64,000 nucleotides of DNA, taken from Candidatus Kapaibacterium sp. (lineage in GTDB: Bacteria; Bacteroidota; Ignavibacteria; Kapaibacteriales; UBA2268). The position numbers and the translations under genes were made by a program. Below the pieces are notes generated by a model. It made no database searches, was not told where the DNA came from, and saw only the letters and a list, made by a program, of their open reading frames with translations. This document shows positions 29,220 through 40,000 of this stretch, piece by piece. Position 1 is the first letter of the stretch; every line of letters begins with the position of its first letter. The stretch is from contig OY762428.1 of assembly GCA_963665665.1 (NCBI GenBank), forward strand, positions 2,848,001-2,912,000, written 5' to 3'.

Positions 29220-30140
29220 TTAAGCGACTTTTTCAAAAACAATTCTGTAATGCTCGAATATCTCCTTCTCAAAGAGCATTTTATTCCCGTCGATTTTCGT
29301 GAGTTGGTACCATTCCCTGAATGCGCTGTTAGTAAATAATCTCGGCAACAAGGAGATATATAGAAGAAGCTTTCTTGCCGACAATTTCCCAAATGCAGCG
29401 GTCCACCTGTTAATTGTTTCGATATAGTCCAACCTGCCACTCTCTACCGAGATCAGCTTGAAATGTTTCCCGGCCGGATCTATGAGACCTTCTTTTCCGT
29501 ATGGCAACCACGACCCCGGGAATTTACGGCAAATGATGTCCATGAGTTCCTCGTCACTGAACTCCGTTTTAGTCAGGTCAGTTTTCCCAAATGGGATGTT
29601 CTCGAATTCGACCATATTGGGGCCGAACACCATCGACTGACAGTAGAATCGACCGCCCACGGGCAGTAGACTTGCAACCTGATCAAAATATTTTCTGTAG
29701 ATATCTTCCTGTTGTCCGGCCTTGTACTGCTCCACTGAGCATAAGTGTTCCGGGCTTCCCATGGCGGTTACAGCGTCGAAGGTGCCAAAAGTGTCCGGAC
29801 GGATATCTTTTGAATCCATGTGTTTCACATTCAAACCATTTTTAATACAAGCGTCTGCCTGGCCCTTTGCCAATACAACACCGTATGGCTTGGCGCCAAT
29901 GCTGTTCAAGTAGTTCAAAAAGGCACCCCAACCGCAGCCCATGTCTAAAACCTTGCTCCCTTTGTTGATTTTGCAGCTTTCAACAATATAGCGGTGCTTT
30001 CTATCCTGAGCTTCTTCAATTGTCATCGAAAAATCGCCATCGAACTTCGCTCCGCTGTAAGCTCCCTTTTCACCAAGGCTTAAGCGAAAAATCTTGTCCA
30101 TTATTGTGTAGTGGGCATCTAAATCTTTTTGGTTTGCCAT
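29220..30140 (-). CDS. SAM-dependent methyltransferase, cyclopropane fatty acid/mycolic acid synthase-like
   Basis: HYTIMD, AYSGAKF, EEAQDRK, VLDMGCGWG, FDAV, DYIETINRW. Confidence 0.8.
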   Translation of the reverse strand: MANQKDLDAHYTIMDKIFRLSLGEKGAYSGAKFDGDFSMTIEEAQDRKHRYIVESCKINKGSKVLDMGCGWGAFLNYLNSIGAKPYGVVLAKGQADACIKNGLNVKHMDSKDIRPDTFGTFDAVTAMGSPEHLCSVEQYKAGQQEDIYRKYFDQVASLLPVGGRFYCQSMVFGPNMVEFENIPFGKTDLTKTEFSDEELMDIICRKFPGSWLPYGKEGLIDPAGKHFKLISVESGRLDYIETINRWTAAFGKLSARKLLLYISLLPRLFTNSAFREWYQLTKIDGNKMLFEKEIFEHYRIVFEKVA

Positions 30141-30452
30141 GATATTCTCTCCCTAAAAAAATATGAGCATTATCGTAATTCTATAATTTTTTAAATTTAT
30201 ATTTTGCTGAGAACAATTCCCTGAATAGTATATCTATTTATAAAGATAGATGGTTTTTATAAAATATGCAACAATTTTTTTTGTAAATATTTACACTTCT
30301 CTACTATTTAGATATCACTAAAAACTGATCAATATGCAACATACAATAGTGCAACGTGACGGCGAAAGCCTCAATTACCATTGTTGTTTAATGGTTTATC
30401 AGCCGTTGAGACTTTAAATATTTTGTTTTCTGAATCTGTGTAAGTCTGGTTT

Positions 30453-31034
30453 TTAATCAAACTTTCTTCGAAGTTCAATTGCTTCGGATAGCATTCCCAG
30501 ATATAATCCCTTGGGAATTTCCACTGCTCCAAGGTTTTCTGTGTGGCGGTTCAGGTATTGGGAATCTAGGAGAACAAAACGTCTTGATTTTAGCCTTTCG
30601 ATAAGAAAATAGAAAGCTGCTTTTGATGAATCCGTTGTTTTCATGAACATAGACTCTCCGAAAAATGCTCCTCCGATTGCCACACCGTATAATCCGCCAA
30701 CAAGCTTTCCGTTACTTCTGGTTTCAACCGAATGGGCGTAACCCTGTTTATGAAGATCGCGGTAAAGTTCAATAACGTTCTCTGAAATCCAGGTATCCTC
30801 ACGGTCGGAGCAGGCTTCGATAACTTTAGTAAAATCATTGTTCACTGTAAAGGTGAAATTATTCTTCCGGATAGATTGACGTAAGGAACGAGGTATTTTT
30901 AGGGCAGTGAACGGGAATATAGCTCTCGGGTCGGGGCTATGCCAATATATGTCCCCATCCTTTGATTCTGCCATTGGAAAGAATCCGATTTTGTATGCGT
31001 ATATCAGTTCGTCAATTGTTATTGTGTCGTTCAA
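30453..31034 (-). CDS. aat: Leucyl/phenylalanyl-tRNA--protein transferase
   Basis: AYKIGFFPMA, WHSPDPRAI, TWIS, AHSVE, LVGGLYGVAIGGAFFGESMF, LLDSQ. Confidence 0.93.
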   Translation of the reverse strand: MNDTITIDELIYAYKIGFFPMAESKDGDIYWHSPDPRAIFPFTALKIPRSLRQSIRKNNFTFTVNNDFTKVIEACSDREDTWISENVIELYRDLHKQGYAHSVETRSNGKLVGGLYGVAIGGAFFGESMFMKTTDSSKAAFYFLIERLKSRRFVLLDSQYLNRHTENLGAVEIPKGLYLGMLSEAIELRRKFD

Positions 31035-31139
31035 TTTGCCTGTCTATATTGTTTATTCACCTATGAAAGATAACAATCTTTTTAATTATTAAAATTTTTT
31101 TTTTCATATTTTTCAATACCAGCTTTTCAACTTCATCTG

Positions 31140-31760
31140 CTATTCCATATTTTTCAGGGCTTCAGGGTATTCTTTAAATAAATCCTGCATCTCTTCCTGC
31201 GATTTGAAATAAAACTCAGGGCTCCCGAGCTTCAAATCTGTTATATCGATACTGGCAGATTTAATTTTACGATTTTGGCGGGCCAGCATCATTACATTAT
31301 GTGCAATGGCGTCTTCTTTATTAATGTAAAATGATTCATTAGCAGCAACAAGGCTTATATCAAAATCCCCGGCCAGTTTGATTATCGATTCTTTTAGCTG
31401 TTTGTTAAAAGACAGCTTATGATCCTGAATAGAAAGATAAAAATCTTCTCCGAACAGTAGTTTATAGTAGCGGGCTTCCTCGCCGGCCTGGCTGAAATTA
31501 TCATTTAGCAGGTGATAATTGATAACGCTGTCATATCCTCCGGAAAAAGCAATGATGCCATCGTGATATTTTAACAGATCATCCTTTGTAACTGTTGACT
31601 TGTAATTGTTTCCCCCTCCTTTGCCCACAGAAGCAATTTTGATAAGATTTTTATAACCTGTCTTGTCTTTTGCCAGGAGTACAAGTTTTAACGCTTCGCA
31701 CTCTTTGTTTTCATTCTCCTGAGTATAAACATAAGTCTCGATGCCGATTATTGGTTTAAG
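31140..31760 (-). pseudogene. 5'-truncated DnaE-type PHP domain fragment
   Basis: KPIIGIETYV, LVLLAKDKTGYKNLIKI, FGEDFYLSIQDH, EFYFKSQEEM; lacks the N-terminal HxH; ANESFY in place of TNDxHY. Confidence 0.7.
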
Positions 31761-32118
31761 TGGCAATAAATTAGGTATAATACCGGAATGGATTCGTGAA
31801 ATGACTTTCTTATATGGACTTGATCTGTCTGATAATCATATTGAGATAATCCCCGATTGCCTGAGTTATTGTGAAAATTTGGAATCGTTGTTTTTATCCA
31901 ATAATAAAATTGTTACGATACCGGACTGGATTGGTGACTTCGAAAATTTGGAATCGTTATGGTTGTCGAACAACAAAATTGAGAAACTGCCTCCTTCATT
32001 GTTTAAACTTAAGGAACTGAAAGAATTATATATTGACGGAAACAATATCAGTAAAGAAGATTTAAAAGCAGCGGAAAAGAATTTTCCCAAGCTATACAAT
32101 CCATTGAATTCAAATTGA
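31752..32118 (+). pseudogene. 5'-truncated leucine-rich repeat protein
   Basis: LSGNKL, LDLSDNHI, LFLSNNKI, LWLSNNKI, LYIDGNNI; begins mid-repeat, back-to-back with the PHP fragment. Confidence 0.7.
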
Positions 32119-32141
32119 CAGGAGCCCTAAAATGCCAGCAC
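32119..32141. repeat. 23-bp perfect direct repeat, copy 1 (copy 2 at 33880-33902)
   Basis: CAGGAGCCCTAAAATGCCAGCAC on both sides of the AlbA gene. Confidence 0.9.
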
Positions 32142-32374
32142 CAGACCTTATAAAAATTGATCTTTATCTTTTGTCCTGGGGTAAAAAATTACTATTTCGG
32201 ACGATATAAATTCAATTCTGCTGATCCGTATTTCTTGTTGAATAAGAATGATGGCTGTTTTTTTTATTTAGGTATCAGGTATGGACTTTTGAACTATATT
32301 AAACAAAGGAAATAAAATTAAAATTCTTATATTACAGCAAATTAATAATTGGAGTATTATCAATTCTAAATCTT

Positions 32375-33724
32375 ATGCCTGAAAATCAAAACATAGAATG
32401 GAAAAAATCCTGGAAAGATGAATATCTGAAATGGATTTGCGGCTTTGCAAATGCTGAAGGCGGGAAATTATACATTGGGAAAAATGATAACGGTGAAATT
32501 TCCGGCCTGGAAAATTCCAAAAAGCTTTTGCAAGATATACCGAATAAGATCAGGGATATTTTAGGTATCGTGGTTGAAGTGAATCTTATTAAAGAAAACG
32601 AAAAGGAATATTTGGAGATCATTGTTGATAAATACCCGTTCCCGGTTAGCTATAAAGGACAATATCATTTCAGGAGCGGTTCAACTAAGCAGGAGCTTAA
32701 GGGTGCGGCTCTGGATAAATTCCTTTTGAAAAAAACAGGTAAACGCTGGGACAGCGTTCCGATGCACGATATTGAAATTTCGGATTTCAGTAATGATACG
32801 ATTGAACGATATAAAAATATGGCTTTTGATAGTAGAAGGTCCCAAAAAGAGATATTAACCAACAGTAAAGAATTACTGCTGGAAAACCTAAATCTGCTTG
32901 ATGGCCTGTATTACAAAAGGGCGGCTGTGCTTTTATTCCATAAAAATCCAGAAAAATATTTTACAGGAACCAGCATCAAGATCGGTTTTTTCCGGACTGT
33001 TGATGATCTGATTTACCAGGATATTGTTTCCGGAAATTTATTTGACCAGGCAGAGAATGCTTTGGATCTGCTATTGACAAAATATCTAAAAGCATATATA
33101 AGCTACAATGGTATTAACAGAGTTGAAAAATTCCCTTATCCTGTGGAGGCGCTAAGGGAAGCTTTGCTGAATGCGATTGTCCATAAAGATTATGCCACGG
33201 GAACACCAATTCAAATAAGGGTTTATGACAATAGAATCGTATTTTGGAATGATGGCACTTTACCTGAAGGATGGGATGTCGATCAGCTGTTAAATGAGCA
33301 CCCTTCAAAACCTTTCAATCCTGATATTGCAAATGCCTTCTTCCGTGCCGGGCTTGTGGAATCCTGGGGCAGGGGCATAAAGAAGATCAGAAAGGAATGC
33401 CTTGAATACGGTCTTCCTGAACCGCGTTTCAGATATGATGTCTCAGGGCTTTGGGTGGAATTGATACTAAACAGTGCCGGTTCGGATAAGGGTTCGGATA
33501 AGGGTTCGGATAAGGGTTCGGATAAGGGTTCGGATAAGACATCTGATAAAGTTCTTCAATTGATGATGGAAAATGACATTATTACTATATCTGAACTTGC
33601 TAATAGTTTAAAATTATCTACTAGAACGATTGAAAAACACATATCAAGATTGAAGGATCAAGGACTTCTAAAAAGGATTGGTTCAAAGAAATTCGGCAAG
33701 TGGAAAGTTGATATCGATAAGTGA
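32375..33724 (+). CDS. AlbA_2/Schlafen domain + RecG-C-like ATP-binding domain + HTH protein
   Basis: ENQNIEWK, ICGFANAEGGKLYIG, ALREALLNAIVHKDY, PFNPDIANAF, ESWGRG, C-terminal HTH. Confidence 0.88.
   Translation: MPENQNIEWKKSWKDEYLKWICGFANAEGGKLYIGKNDNGEISGLENSKKLLQDIPNKIRDILGIVVEVNLIKENEKEYLEIIVDKYPFPVSYKGQYHFRSGSTKQELKGAALDKFLLKKTGKRWDSVPMHDIEISDFSNDTIERYKNMAFDSRRSQKEILTNSKELLLENLNLLDGLYYKRAAVLLFHKNPEKYFTGTSIKIGFFRTVDDLIYQDIVSGNLFDQAENALDLLLTKYLKAYISYNGINRVEKFPYPVEALREALLNAIVHKDYATGTPIQIRVYDNRIVFWNDGTLPEGWDVDQLLNEHPSKPFNPDIANAFFRAGLVESWGRGIKKIRKECLEYGLPEPRFRYDVSGLWVELILNSAGSDKGSDKGSDKGSDKGSDKTSDKVLQLMMENDIITISELANSLKLSTRTIEKHISRLKDQGLLKRIGSKKFGKWKVDIDK
33479..33538 (+). repeat. In-frame 12-bp tandem repeat (GGTTCGGATAAG x5; GSDK linker)
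   Basis: Read directly. Confidence 0.95.
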
Positions 33725-33740
33725 AAACGTCTGTATAAAT

Positions 33741-33821
33741 TTCGGATAAATTTCGGATATTTCGGATAAATGGCGGTAATGTTCGGTAAATGTCCGATAA
33801 ACATAATAAATGTCCGATAAA
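33741..33821 (+). repeat. Degenerate ~10-bp periodic array (TTCGGATAA / GTCCGATAA cores)
   Basis: Cores at 33741, 33752, 33761, 33772, 33782, 33792, 33812. Confidence 0.8.
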
Positions 33822-33892
33822 ATTTTAAAAAAAGTAATAGATGAATTAATTGTATAATTTTAATGTACGACAAAACAAGCAGGAGCCCTAAA

Positions 33893-33955
33893 ATGCCAGC
33901 ACTGGAAAGAGCAATAGGAATAGCCGAGCAGGCGGATAATGCGATAGAATTGTGA
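33893..33955 (+). pseudogene. Short remnant resembling the N-terminus of small HD-domain proteins
   Basis: AGGAG RBS followed by MPALERAIGIAEQA (cf. LERAIxIAxxAH). Confidence 0.35.
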
Positions 33956-34004
33956 AACAGCAGTAAGCCTTTTACATATTAATGATTAAAACAATAATCA
34001 TCTC

Positions 34005-37000
34005 CTAAAAAAGCCTTTCCTGTCCGGGCCGTTTATTCAGCTCATCCTTGAAAATCAGATTAGCTTTTCCCGGCCTGAGGTTTTTATCACAAAGCGATTT
34101 ATAAATACCGAGAAGGTGTCCGGCATAATACTCGTAATCATAAGGAATGATTATCTGTCGTGATATATCTTCAATACCACCCGGATTATTTGCAAGGCCG
34201 CGAATAATATTGGCCAGTTCCTGCTCTGAATTATGATCATAAAGGAAACCATTTCTGTCATGTTCGATAAAATCAGGAATACCGCCAATTTCGGCACCGA
34301 TTACCGGCAAACCGAGTGACAGCGCCTCGAGTATAACCAGCCCGGCGCCTTCCTCCCAGATACTTGGAACAATCACGGCATCAAGCTCGTTCCCAAGCGA
34401 GGCCATTTCCCGCCTGTGGTAAGGGCCGGTCCATTTAATATTCTCCGAATTATAAAGCTTAAGCAGTTCGTTTTTATATATTTGGGATGCAAAACCGTGG
34501 ATGATAAATTCTGTATTTTCAGGATCAACTCGTTTTGCGGCTCCTATAATCTTATGTATTCCTTTGTGTGGTATCACAGTTCCAAAGAAGCCGAACCTTG
34601 CCGGATGGTGTTGTGCTTTCAATTCATTCTTACTGCTTATTAATGCCGACATATTGTCGGGAATTTGGTGTACAACAGCCATTTTGTTCTTGTTTGCGCC
34701 GAATTCGCTAAGCAGTTCTTTCACTCTTGTAGAAATGGCCAAAGTAATATTCAATTTTTCATTTATAAGTTCGCGGGCTTTATCAAATCTCTGTCTGTAA
34801 AGTTCTTCTCTTTCCGGAAATACTTTTGCAAGAGGCGAGTTTGCAAAGAAATCAGTATTTTTCCATTTTCGCATATCATTATTGAACATATAAAGCAGAG
34901 GGTCAATGAAATGATAATTATGCGGAGTATAAACCGTAGGGATGCCCTTTGCTTCGGCAACATCAGCTATTGCAAACGACAATCCGAGAAAATTATGAAA
35001 ATGGACTATATCTGGTTCGAACCTTTCGAGTGTGGATTCAAATAAGCTTACAATTTTTTCATCCTTTATCTCGCGTGCCGGATTCAGCTCGTCAGTCATA
35101 TCCACGGGACGATTATAAACTCCGAAAAGATGTACACCGCTGTCGTTACTCTCCTCGAAAAAATATTGTTCTTTAACTTTCGGATGTTTAAGTCCGGCAA
35201 AAAATACGGCAACGTCATATCCCCTCGCAGCAAAATATCTTGCCAGAGAACGTGGGTGAAGAGTACCGCCCCCGGATTCATTCCATCCGAACATAGTGAA
35301 TAATATAGCCGGATGTTTCTCATTTCTCTTTTTTACTTTTCCCTTCCCTGCCGGGATTATAACAGCCGGATTCGACGGAATTTCATTTTCTTCCGGTTCT
35401 GCTATTGGTATCCCGCTCGGGCCGGTATAAACATCGCTGAATTCCTGTTCGGTTTCAATAGCAATCAGCTCATTGTTTTCAATTACAAATGCCCTGGCTT
35501 TTCTGGATTCCTTAACAACATCGTGAAGCAATAATGAAACAGCAAAATTTATGGGGGCATGGAATTGCCCGGAGGTATTTTGCTGCAAATATTTAATATT
35601 CTCTGTTGTTTCAGGCAGCGTCATAGAACGTTTCCAAAGTTCCTGAGCCTGTTTTATGTCACCGCTGCAAAAAGAAATTATACCAGCATTATTATAGAAC
35701 ATTTTTACCAGACGCGACCTGAAATCAGGTGTAAGCCCCTGTAGGTTTAACGCTTTCTTGAACATATCCAGAGCCATTGGAAAATCCCGGTAAGGCGATA
35801 GCATACACAGATTCCCAAGATCCCAAAGCGCTGCCGCCAGCGCTGTTTTATCTTCTTTGAACCTGTCCCTTCCGGGATAAATATCTGTCAGTGGTATTTC
35901 TTTTCTGAAACGGGACATAATGTAGCGTAATTCTTTTGCTGTTTTTAAAGCATTATCTTTTCCGCTCAGGCTGTCATCTCGTTTTAGAAACAGGCTTAGG
36001 TTCTCCTTCAGGTGTGCAGCCCCGAATCGATGTGCAATTCTAATAAACAGATCATAATCTCCTGCTACTTCAAGCTCCTCGTCAAAAAGCCCGACTGTCA
36101 GATGCGCCTCCCGCCTCCACATTGGATTTGAACCGAAAAGGCTTGTTGACAAAGCCGTACCGATATTGAAGTCCGGCCAGGCATATTTCAATTTGGCGCT
36201 ATTGTTCCCGAAAGTTTCATTCTCTATGTCAGTTATCAGTGAGTCTGCATAAACAAGTCCTAAATCGCTGTTCCTGTCCAATATGTTTGAAAGAACTTCG
36301 AATGCATCATTTCTCAGCCTGTCGTCAGTATTGGTATTTATAAGGTATTTCCCCCTGGCGTATTTTACAGCACGATTCCAGGCAGTGTAAAGCGATTCCC
36401 TTGATTCGGTTCGGATATATTTAATATTCGGGCATCGCGATCGAAATTCCATAACAATTTCTTTTTCATTTTCTTCGGATCCGCTGTCAATAACGATTAG
36501 TTCCGATGAATCAAAGATCGATTGTTCACACAGATTTTCAAGGCAGCCTTTAATAAATTTCTCGGAGTTGTAGGTAGAAATAATTGCGCTAACCTTAATC
36601 TCATTATCAGGCGGGTTGTCGATAATTTTATCCCTGCTGAATGAAATTTCCTCAACGTCAATATTTTCAAACAATGAATATTCTTTCAGGTCGATCAATT
36701 TTGGCGAGGAGTGCTTTTTATTCCATTCTTCCCGGTCAGCTGTTAAAATCAGAGGCCTTTCATTTTTGTTATCCAATGTTCTTTTGAACGCTGATTCTAT
36801 CAGGGATTTGGGAATATCTTTCACACAATAGGGTGTCTGATAGAAACATTCCCAGTTGCACGAAAAACACTCCACGGGCGCTGCCGCTATTGTTGTTAGT
36901 CCGGAATAGGGCATAAACCTTCCGAAATGTCCTCCGCCGAGTAATATTGCATTCGGAGTTCCAACAGCGCAGGCTACATGGGCAAGGCCGGTCTCGGCTC

Positions 37001-40000
37001 CGATTGCAGCGCGGCATTTTTTAATAATGGCCGCAGCCTGCAAAATCGTTGTTTTACCTGATAGATTTATAGCCCTTACACCTGCATCATCAATACATTG
37101 CTGATTTATCTTATAATCGCTTTCCGAGCCAAGCGTTATAATCGAAAGCCCGCGTTCTTTACAAATTTGCGATATTGCTTTTCCATATTCCTTGTACAGC
37201 CTTACATCAAACTGCGCTCCGGCAAAAAGAGCTATTGTTTTTTCGGGTGCAAGGCCGTTTTCGGCAAACAGGCTGTCTGTATAATTTATTTCTTCTTTGT
37301 TTAGCCATATTCTTGGCTTTAGTTCCGTTTTTTCTATTCCAAGTCCGGAGAGGAAATCCTGATGCCGTTGTATCTCATTCTTATATTCGCCGGGAGACGG
37401 AATTATTTTAGAATAGCGTCCGTTGTTTTTCAGCAAAACATCATAAGGCATGTTCGAAGTATCGCCTTCAATAGCAACAGTTTCCTTAGCATTGCTGCCC
37501 AGGACCATAGCGTCCCCGTGTTCAGTCCTGGAATACACCGGATGCAAGGCTATATCAGCTTCTAATTCTTTTAGTTTATTTATAAATTCAACCCGGTAGT
37601 TATCGTCGGCCTGGAGCAGCAGCCCGTCAAAGCTGATAACTTCATCAATATAGGGGCATGCTTTATAAAAATCCGTAAGCTTATTATCACACACTGCGAT
37701 TATATCATGATCGCCGAATTTTGCTCTGAATTCCGGGAGCATGGAAGCAGAAAGCACTGCGTCCCCTATCGAATCCGGCCTTATATAAAGTAATCTATTC
37801 TTTTTTTTTGATCCTTTGTCTCCGTACTCAGGATTGAATTTTGCAATACAAAAGCCAAATTTTTCCTTCGAATCAACAATAATCTCAAATCTCGGGTCGC
37901 TTTTCATTTCAAGGAAGCTCTTATGATGCTTGATATGATATATATCGTCAAGAGCTATATAGCATGGTCCTTCAAGCAACTGAATCAGATATTGGAATTC
38001 CACGTACCCGATGTGTCCGGCGCTGTCAAGCAGGACAAAATCAGGTTTGTTTTGGAATTGTGCCAGGCTTTTGCCGAGAATATCGTCCGGAACGTCGCTG
38101 AAATTTGTTTCACGATAATAATTCATCGCCCTTTCGTGTTCTTTGTGGTCAACGAAAATATCTTCGAATTCAATATTTTCAACTGTCCGGTCTTTGATTT
38201 CCTGCATTGTTGGCAGCATTCTTCGCGGTACTGATAAACCGTGAAGCAATTTTACATTCTCAATCAGCCCGTTGTTCTGAAGATTGAAATAAGCATGGCG
38301 AATATGCAGTGGGTTTACTTCAATTGAAAGAAACGCTGCATTTTCGATACCAATCCTTTTAATCGATCCGGCAATAATCGTTGTGGTTCCTGTTCCGAGA
38401 TAAGTGCCGGTTTCAATTATCTTCTTCGGCCTGATTTCCTTGAACAGCGAATGGATTGCCGAACCGAATTCCGATTCCTTTCCTACTGCCGTCAGGTCCT
38501 TTTCAACTTCATCCTGGCCTGCAATTTTTACTTTAGGTTTTTCCTGTTTCTGCAAAGTATCGTTTGCTTCATATTTATTCCCAAGAATTTCATCGGGCAG
38601 CATGTTTTTAAGGAAAATTGCCGTACCATTGTCCTGGCTTGAATTAATTATCAGTTTTAGTTCCGGAAATTCTTCAAGGAACTGATGGGCAGTGTCAAGA
38701 AGGTAGCCGTGCGAAGGATGTATAATATCATCGAAAATTATGGCGCCCTTTTCATTCAAAAGCTCATACGCGTCGCGAAGGTCTTCCAAAGCGCCCTCAG
38801 CGCTGTGGTCTCCGTCAACATTTATCAGGTCAAATTTCAGCCCTTCATCTTTAAATTTTTTCAGAACCAGGTGGCTGTTTCCCTGTATCATCTTCAGGTT
38901 TGTTTTCGAGTTTGTTTTCGAGAAAAATCCTTCAATCTGCTTTTTCGTGAATTCCATGGTATTTGGCATACCGGCGTACTGCCCCGACCACATATCAAGG
39001 GCGTAAGCGGTTTCAATATTTACGCCGTTCAGCGCCTGAACGAAAGATCCGCCGGTTCTTACTCCGATTTCAAGATAAGATTCCGGTTTCAAAATTCTTG
39101 TAAGGTATGCCAGGCCGACATGTACATTCCAGAATTTTACGCCGTCCCTGATATTTTCCCTGATAGTATCTCTTCTTCTAAGCAGCGGTTCATCAAGCTC
39201 GATATAGTCCCAGGCGTCCAGAGCTGCCTGCTGATACTTAGCCGAACCAATTACTTCAATAGCAAGCTTTTCATCAGTTTTTTTTGTTTCTATATTACTA
39301 TTCTGTGGCTCATCAACAGAATTGAAATTTTTAATAAAATCAAGCATTACTTCCGGATGGGAGCCGTCGAATATTCTTGTGTAGGAGTTTTTATCGCCCG
39401 TCCAGGGGCCGTATTCTTTTTCCAGTTCAGCCCTGTTTTCAGGAGTCCACTTCATGTAGAAATCATTCATCCACTTATCAAGGTCAGTTGCCCAAAGTTT
39501 ATCCCAGCCATATTGTTTATAAAGAGAAATTTTCTGCTGAACCTGGTTTTTGGTTACATAACTATAATGGCAGGGGATAATTCCCAACTCCCTTGTTTCG
39601 CTGCCGTCAATAATTTTCCCGTCTTCGGTGGTTCTTCCGTTCGGGAGAAGCATTTTTGGCGGCCGGTGATCGATGAATTTTGCGCCGGGTTCAAATTTGA
39701 ATATTCTCCTGTATTGTGCACCAGGATCTCTGAACCGGGGCGATTCGAATATATAATCAAATCCTTTCCAGAAATTATCAGGTATGAAATTAACCTGGCT
39801 GATATCCGGATTTTCATGCAGCAGTTCCAGAATCTTTTCAAGGTCAGATTTCCTGTAAACTTCATCTGAATCAACTAAGAAAATATAATTTCCGCTCGCT
39901 GATTCCAGAGCTTTGTTCTGCATTTGCATTTTCTCGGGCCAGCTTCCCCTTATTAGTTGAATTTTGGAATCCGGGTCATCAAAATTTTCGAGCAATTCAA

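Noticed and set aside
28909-29223. 104-aa plus-strand ORF
   Set aside because: Shadow of the integrase remnant; no recognisable motifs
30340-30412. Structured RNA around GGC-GAAA-GCC
   Set aside because: Stems are short and match no family I recognise; may simply be the aat terminator region
31140-31766. Functional dnaE
   Set aside because: Only a partial PHP domain with no polymerase core
38685-39869. 394-aa plus-strand ORF and other long antisense ORFs
   Set aside because: Lie wholly opposite well-supported genes (giant GT, WYL, TMP)
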